64,000 bases of DNA from Chrysomallon squamiferum (taxonomy: Eukaryota > Animalia > Mollusca), in NCBI GenBank assembly GCA_012295275.1, contig CM022668.1, forward strand, positions 3,348,001-3,412,000. The letters are read 5' to 3'. Under the pieces are notes generated by a model that had not been told where the DNA came from, searched no databases, and was given only the letters and a program-made list of their open reading frames with translations. Shown piece by piece: positions 58,246 to 64,000 of the stretch. Position 1 is the first letter of the stretch. Each line of letters opens with the position of its first letter. The translations under genes and the position numbers were made by a program.

Positions 58246-58353
58246 CAGCCAATTAGTACAGTGCAAAAAATTGGTTACAGCGTTTTTAAATGTCAGGGGC
58301 CTCATTCTGGCATACCTATAAATAATAATATAATAAGCAAATTAAGTATAAAT
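58246..58353 (+). promoter_or_regulatory. Putative promoter of the secreted coiled-coil gene (CCAAT boxes and TATA boxes)
   Basis: AGCCAAT at ~58247, inverted ATTGG at ~58270, CCTATAAATA at ~58315 and GTATAAAT at ~58345, 250-350 bp upstream of the ATG. A splice acceptor at 58562-58563 implies a short 5' UTR exon. Confidence 0.35.
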
Positions 58354-58594
58354 GCATGCTTTTTGGAAGATTAATCAAAGCGGTTTAGAAAACTTATTAA
58401 ATCTTATATTGTGTATATATATTTGTTTCCCCGTATTTTTCTTTCATTTGATTACAATTATCAAATAATTATACAACTTACACAAATATTAACATAATTT
58501 TCAGTTAAATAAGTTTAATGAAAAGTAATAAAACCTGATTACGTTGTTTGAATTTCTTTTTAGTTTTGGTATATCTAAAAAGAGGTTTTTCGAC

Positions 58595-59549
58595 ATGTTA
58601 ACTGCCTCGATTTTTATGTCCGCCATCTTAAGTGCCGTTGCCATTGATGACACTTGTAAATACGAGTTCAACGTTCCAACTAAAGGTGGATGTGTCGTCC
58701 ATACGAAAGAGATGGAGCTATCGTATCAGCAGATGAAATCTGATATCGCCAGTGGTCACGAGCGAACCAACCAGCTGGCCGAATCTTTCACGAAAGAGAT
58801 AGGAATTTTACACGAGAAAAGTGAAGATCACAAACAAAAACTAGAAAAGATGATCAAGGAAATAGAGGACATGGAGGGCACACTGAAAGCTTTGCCTCAA
58901 ATCACGCAAGAACTAGCTGAAGTGAGCAAGTCATTATCAGAAAACAAACGGAGGACACTGAAAATCCACCAGGATCACAAGATGTTCAGTGATTACATAG
59001 ATCAACTGAAGAAAGAAATGTCTAAGCAAGCGAGCAATATCTCCTCCCTTGCCACGGAAATGTCCGAGCACAGAATTGCTCTGATGTCGTACGGAGTGGC
59101 TATGGACAAGATGAAGTCACCAAATGAAAAGCCAGGAAGTCTTCGACAACAAATGAAGATGCTTAAAAATGAAGTGGCGAGAACACGCGATCTTGTCACT
59201 GATCTCAGCGAAAAAGTACTCGCACTTCAAACCTCTGTTGAAAGTATCAAAGTGGCTCTCGCCTCACTGGGAAGACTTCCGAGTCTGGTCAAACGTCTGC
59301 AAGAACAGGTACATAACCTTCATGTGTTTGTGTATTTGTGCGTGTGTGTGTGTGTGTGTGTATGTGTGTGTGTGTGTTTGAGAAAGAGAGAGAGAGAGAG
59401 AATCTCAGTATAGAGTGTAATTTGTAATTGCAAGTCCCAGAGAAATTATAATTAAGATCTGCATACACACACAACTGTTATTATTATAATAATTATAATT
59501 ATTGTTGTTGTTGTTACAGATAAACATGAATCGATTTCGAAGACGTTGA
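58595..59549 (+). CDS. Uncharacterised predicted secreted coiled-coil protein (247 aa) with an angiopoietin/myocilin-like C-x-Y-x-F-x-V-P N-terminal motif
   Basis: A 714-nt open, GC-richer exon (58595-59308) begins with a signal-peptide-like MLTASIFMSAILSAVA, followed by DDTCKYEFNVPTKGGC and ~190 aa of heptad-patterned E/K/L/M-rich helix. Donor CAG|GTACAT at 59309 and acceptor TTACAG at 59519 give a last exon INMNRFRRR* (59520-59549). AATAAA at 59901. Confidence 0.8.
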
Positions 59550-60626
59550 TGATATATCAGCAAAGCAATGGGATAGCTGGACCCATTTAAATAGCGTGTG
59601 ACAGAAGATGATTCACTTCTCTTTAGAATAATCGTGTTTTGTGCAGTTATTCACAAAATCAGTGACTTCTAACAGTATTACTAAACAGACTTCTCATTTG
59701 CAGTACTTTTTATATTGAATATATTTTATCTTGTCATTTCTTTTTCTTTATGAAAGTCTTTAAAGAATGTATTTTTCGCTGAGTGTATCGAAGGAGAATC
59801 AGGAAATAAGAATTTGCGCTAGCAGGGGTTTCACTATTTAGATTCCCTTTAGATCCTAGCTATCTGAAACATAATTTTTAATGCAAAATTTATATCGGGC
59901 AATAAAAATTACATCTGTAATGTATTTGTTACAAACTTTTGTGTTTATACTTTATTAAAATACAAGTGGTGCTAACAGTTTCAGTCACGATCAGTTATTT
60001 ATAATATTTTTTTTGCAGTATTTTTTAAAACTCGGTGAAATTCTTACGACTTGTGATTTGATAGAAGAATTAGAATAAATTTCCGATGCAGTTGGTGAAT
60101 AGCTGTTGAGACAAACTGAAAGTACTAATACTCCAGAGGTTACACAGAACTGATTAAGATTTGTAAGGTGTGTATTCTTCTAGGGACATTTGTGGCCCTC
60201 TGTCACGGAGCCCAGCGCTTAAGAAGTTTTAGCTTTCAAGTGCTAATGATATTAAATATGGCTTGTTTTTTGTCTAGGGACTGCGCCTTTGGTGGCCCCA
60301 CTGACTGTGTAATTACGAAAATGTGACGATTGGATATAACAGATATATATACTTACAGGTCAGTGGTAACTTCTGACTTCGGTAATTTCGGACTGGTAAT
60401 CTCGGCCCCCTTTTAAATTGATGGAGATCTTGATTTAGAATGATTTCCTACTCCCTAGATGGCAGCACTGATGCTTGCGTGTAAAAAAACCTTTGTAAAG
60501 TTGAGCGATTTGGAACTGTTCTGACATACACGGGTCTGTCTCGGTCTCATTAATTAAGTTTGGCTTTAATGATTATTATTGAGTTAATAGTAATAACGGT
60601 ATTAGCCAAGCAGTATGCATCTAGAC

Positions 60627-61063
60627 CAGACTTGGGCATTTTACGGCCCATTGCTTGACTCTGACCGGCCCGTTTAAGGTTAATTGGGAATTACAAAATA
60701 AACATATTTTCTAATTTCACATCATGCATGGACTAAAGGTGCATTTCTTTTATTTTGAAGGTGCTTTTTTATTCACTTACAAAATGACGCAATAGGTAAA
60801 TCAAGACGTGCGCGTGATTGAATCTTTGTCACAAGGAGGTCGCAATACGACTTTAGCCCTCAAAATGTCCTCTCAAAATGGACTGCTAAGTATTTATTTA
60901 CTGAACTCGGAGGTAAAGCGGCGTGTTTAGTTTGCGGAGAGCAGATCGACATGTTTCATACAATTAATATTATGCAGACCTGAGTTGAGCCTTCTGGCCC
61001 GGCCCTCCACAATGTTTTCTGTTTTTCATGTGGCCCCATGGACAAAATAATTGCCCACCCCTG
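60627..61063 (+). mobile_element. Non-autonomous hAT (Charlie group) element with perfect 8-bp TSD
   Basis: ATCTAGAC flanks both ends (60619-60626, 61064-61071). TIRs are CAGACTTGGGCA / TGCCCACCCCTG with GGCCC subterminal repeats. Internal remnant WTAKYLFTELGGKAACLVCGEQIDMF (60879-60956) matches the N-terminal zinc finger of Charlie/GTF2IRD2-type transposases. Confidence 0.92.
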
Positions 61064-62364
61064 ATCTAGACTGTAAAATATAAATGTTGTTGGATTTAAT
61101 AAAGTCGGAATATATAGTATAAACCGTGTTATTTGGCGTGAATGAGCATGTGGGTGAAACACTTACATACATTCACATTTAATAAAGACGGAATATATAG
61201 TGGTTATTATGCAGGTAGCCGTAATTTTTTGCATATACTACAGATATAAACTATATATAATATCAAGTATCGACTATGAACACCAAAACAAAACACAATA
61301 TTTATATTACAAAGATAATTATTTATTTTACATATATATTCTTATTATTTAGTGGTTGACGACGTGTAGTGGTGTTAAATAAAATACTATAATTCTTAAT
61401 TCTTTTAATTTTCCCTACCGGGATAATGTTAGAAATATATATAACTCTCTATGGAGCAAATACAGGTTACATCGAATTGATCAACAAATCAAACAGAGCA
61501 TACAGAAACAGGATAACTATTTGTCCCTGCTTCCGACTTACTCAAAGATAACGCAAAATATATTTACCAACATAATTGCTTAATAATGGCCGCCAACTCC
61601 TCAGCCCCAACCATGTCTTCTCTTTGTTCTCTGTGGTCGCTCCCATCTCTGGGCTCTTGTCTTTACTTAAATAAACACGTCGCGGATTTCCCTGAAGTCA
61701 GCAGAGCGTAGCTGACAAAAATTCCTTTTGTCTCTCGTTAATGATCGTTAATTGTTAGGTGATTCCAGTAATTGGATTACTGTTAACTAACAGCAGATCT
61801 TTAATTAATACATACTGTTAGGAATATTTGCAGAAATGAATGGTTAACATACTTACTTTAATGATGCATACATGTCAATTGCGAGATGTTAAACTGTCTT
61901 AAAGTACTTAGTAAGCTATTTAGGTAAACAGTAAATATGTTAAACCGACATTTTCAAAAACTGTACCTTAGTAGTACAACAATATAAAATATTATAATAA
62001 GTAATAAAATAGCAACCACGAATTCTACAAGTAGGTATAAACTAAATTGCAGTCCGTAATTGCAATTGGTATATTAAATAAGTTAGGACCAATTTGCTAA
62101 GTTAAAGAAACACAGAAAACAGTACAGCTAAATATCGCTAAGAACACTTTCCACAGCTTGAACGGGGCCCTATTAGGGTATGCTTAAGGATCCTACTACG
62201 TAAGATAAAAAACGATATTTCTTCAACCACACTAGCCATGGATATGACATAAAGAATATAGTTAAATCGCTCAGTTCATGTACAGAGCGGCTTTTCAAGG
62301 ATCCCTGGAAACAGAGGAATGATAAATGGTTGTTTGTCCTGCCAAATTTTGACTGTAATAATTG

Positions 62365-62632
62365 CATTGTTATAGTTGTAGTTGAAATTGTAGGAATAGT
62401 AGTTGTTGTTGTAATTGTGGTTGTCATTGTAGACGTACTAGTTGTATTTGAAACTGATGTTGAAGTTATAGTAGCAGTTGTACTAGTAGCTGTAATAATC
62501 CTAGTTCTAGTTTTTGTAGTAGTAGTAGTTGTGGTTGTGGTAGTAGTTGTAGTTGTGGTACTTGTGATAGTTGAAGCTGCAAGGGTTGTAGTTGAAGTTT
62601 TGAGTTGATGATGAAGTAGCAGCAGTAGTTGT
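62365..62632. repeat. Degenerate (GTW)n trinucleotide low-complexity tract
   Basis: GTA/GTT/GTG periodicity; it produces the poly-Thr and poly-Val ORFs in the track. Confidence 0.8.
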
Positions 62633-64000
62633 GTGATATGAATGAAAGGCTTTTGTGTTTTGGAAATGACTGTATTCATGTTTTAGAATTATTTTGAGAT
62701 GTAAAAGAAACTTTTCTTCATTTCACAATTACAGCTAAATTAATAGAATAAATTTTCTTGTTTCAAAAGAAACAGTTTCTTTACTTCACTTGTTGTATAT
62801 GTTATTATTAATGATACTCTTAAATTAACGCAAACCTTTAATTTTGTTTTAGTATCAATTTAGTCGTCTGAAAACGTGAATACGTTTTCATTTTTCATCT
62901 CGAAAATATGAATAAACGTTACAGGTTTTAGAAATTGTTTAAATCGTTTAATATTATTCTGAGACATGAAGAAAATTCATTATTATTATCATTCTCAAGT
63001 GGATTGAAACGTTTAATTTTATTTCATTATTAATTTATTCTTATAAAAACTGGAAGCATTTTTCATTTTCGTTTTCTGATAGGAATAAAATAGCTATAGA
63101 TTTTATTGTCTAATATGTTTTTAAATTATTTTCAGTTAGGAAATAAAAGTTCAAAATATATATAAATAAAGAGACATGTATCTGATGACCAAATGATGGG
63201 TCGCTAAGAAAATGTGAAAAAATCCTGTCTTCTTCTGTGATGTAGTCGCTTCATCTTTGTGCTCAAATTTTCTTCTTTCACCTTGTTAAAACAAATGAAG
63301 AAAAATCTGTAATTCATTCTAAAAATGTTTAATCGAAATGCAAAATGAATTCATTTATTTTAATTATTATTATTATTATCCTTTCATAGATAGAAATATT
63401 TAATTTTATTTTATCATTAGTTTATTCTTCTGAAAATGTAAAGGTGGTATGAATATAGAGGTCGTAGCGTTTGGAAGAAAACTCACCTAATTACAGTTAA
63501 ATTAATACTTACCTCATTTCAAACGAAATTTACTGTGCCTTCATTTTTTACTTTCTTCAACTACAGATTATAAAACAGAAAATCCATGTGTAGACATCAG
63601 TGCAATGAATCTGACGATTACTTTAAATCTTTGAATCATTCTGAGAAATGACAGAAAATGTATTATTATATTATCATTATTACTATCATTATCATCATCA
63701 TCATCATTATCATTAATGGTAGTAGTTGTAGAAGTGGATTAATGTTTAATTTTGTTTTATTATTAATGTATTCTGTAAACTTAAGGGCTGTAGTATTTTT
63801 TGTATTATTATTATTTTTTTTTTTTTCCATTTGAGTGATATGAATACAAATGACATAGATTTTGGAAATTATTGTTAAAACTATTCAATTTATTTTAAGA
63901 TAAGAAAGAAAATGTCTGTTTTGACACAAACGCAAAAAATCCGATGGCTAAGTTTAAATTCATTTATTTTGGATTTTAATATTATTATTTAACAAACACA

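Noticed and set aside
59309-59413. C-terminal VCVCVC...RERER extension of the 289-aa ORF, and its TTG start at 58544
   Set aside because: Read-through into an intron made of (GT)n/(GA)n repeats. A good donor at 59309 and an ATG with signal peptide at 58595 give a better model.
62173-62679. Thr-rich mucin-like ORF (168 aa) and antisense poly-Val ORF
   Set aside because: Explained by a degenerate (GTW)n tract like others in the window; no signal peptide or supported exon chain.

Overview
AT-rich, microsatellite-dense eukaryotic genomic DNA from a mollusc, most likely a gastropod. The evidence is a tropomyosin N-terminus [38 protein letters not shown] and Nin-SINE/Nimb-LINE-type repeats. The ORF track is mostly noise because the genes are spliced. 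I assembled six gene models by hand from GT-AG junctions with consistent phases. These are: tropomyosin first coding exon (-, 621-734, gene runs off the left edge); a CIB2/3-type EF-hand protein (+, 7 exons, 189 aa); an RGS9BP/R7BP-family anchor protein (-, 7 exons, 279 aa, 14.3 kb first intron); ARL15 (-, 5 exons, 217 aa); an RNF126/RNF115 E3 ligase (+, 9 exons, 291 aa); and an unnamed secreted coiled-coil protein (+, 2 coding exons, 247 aa). Between and inside them lie several non-autonomous DNA transposons (Tc2/pogo, Tigger, hAT-Charlie with a perfect 8-bp TSD), a heavily deleted LINE, SINE remnants, two minisatellites, a near-identical ~180-bp local duplication and a block of nested inverted repeats. 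I found no clearly new multi-gene system. The best leads are the chimeric-looking R7BP/R9AP gene, the natural D-to-N change in the ARL15 G4 motif, the domain-less angiopoietin/myocilin-like secreted protein and possible ancient tropomyosin-CIB microsynteny. Family assignments rest on motifs I recognise from memory, not on database searches.
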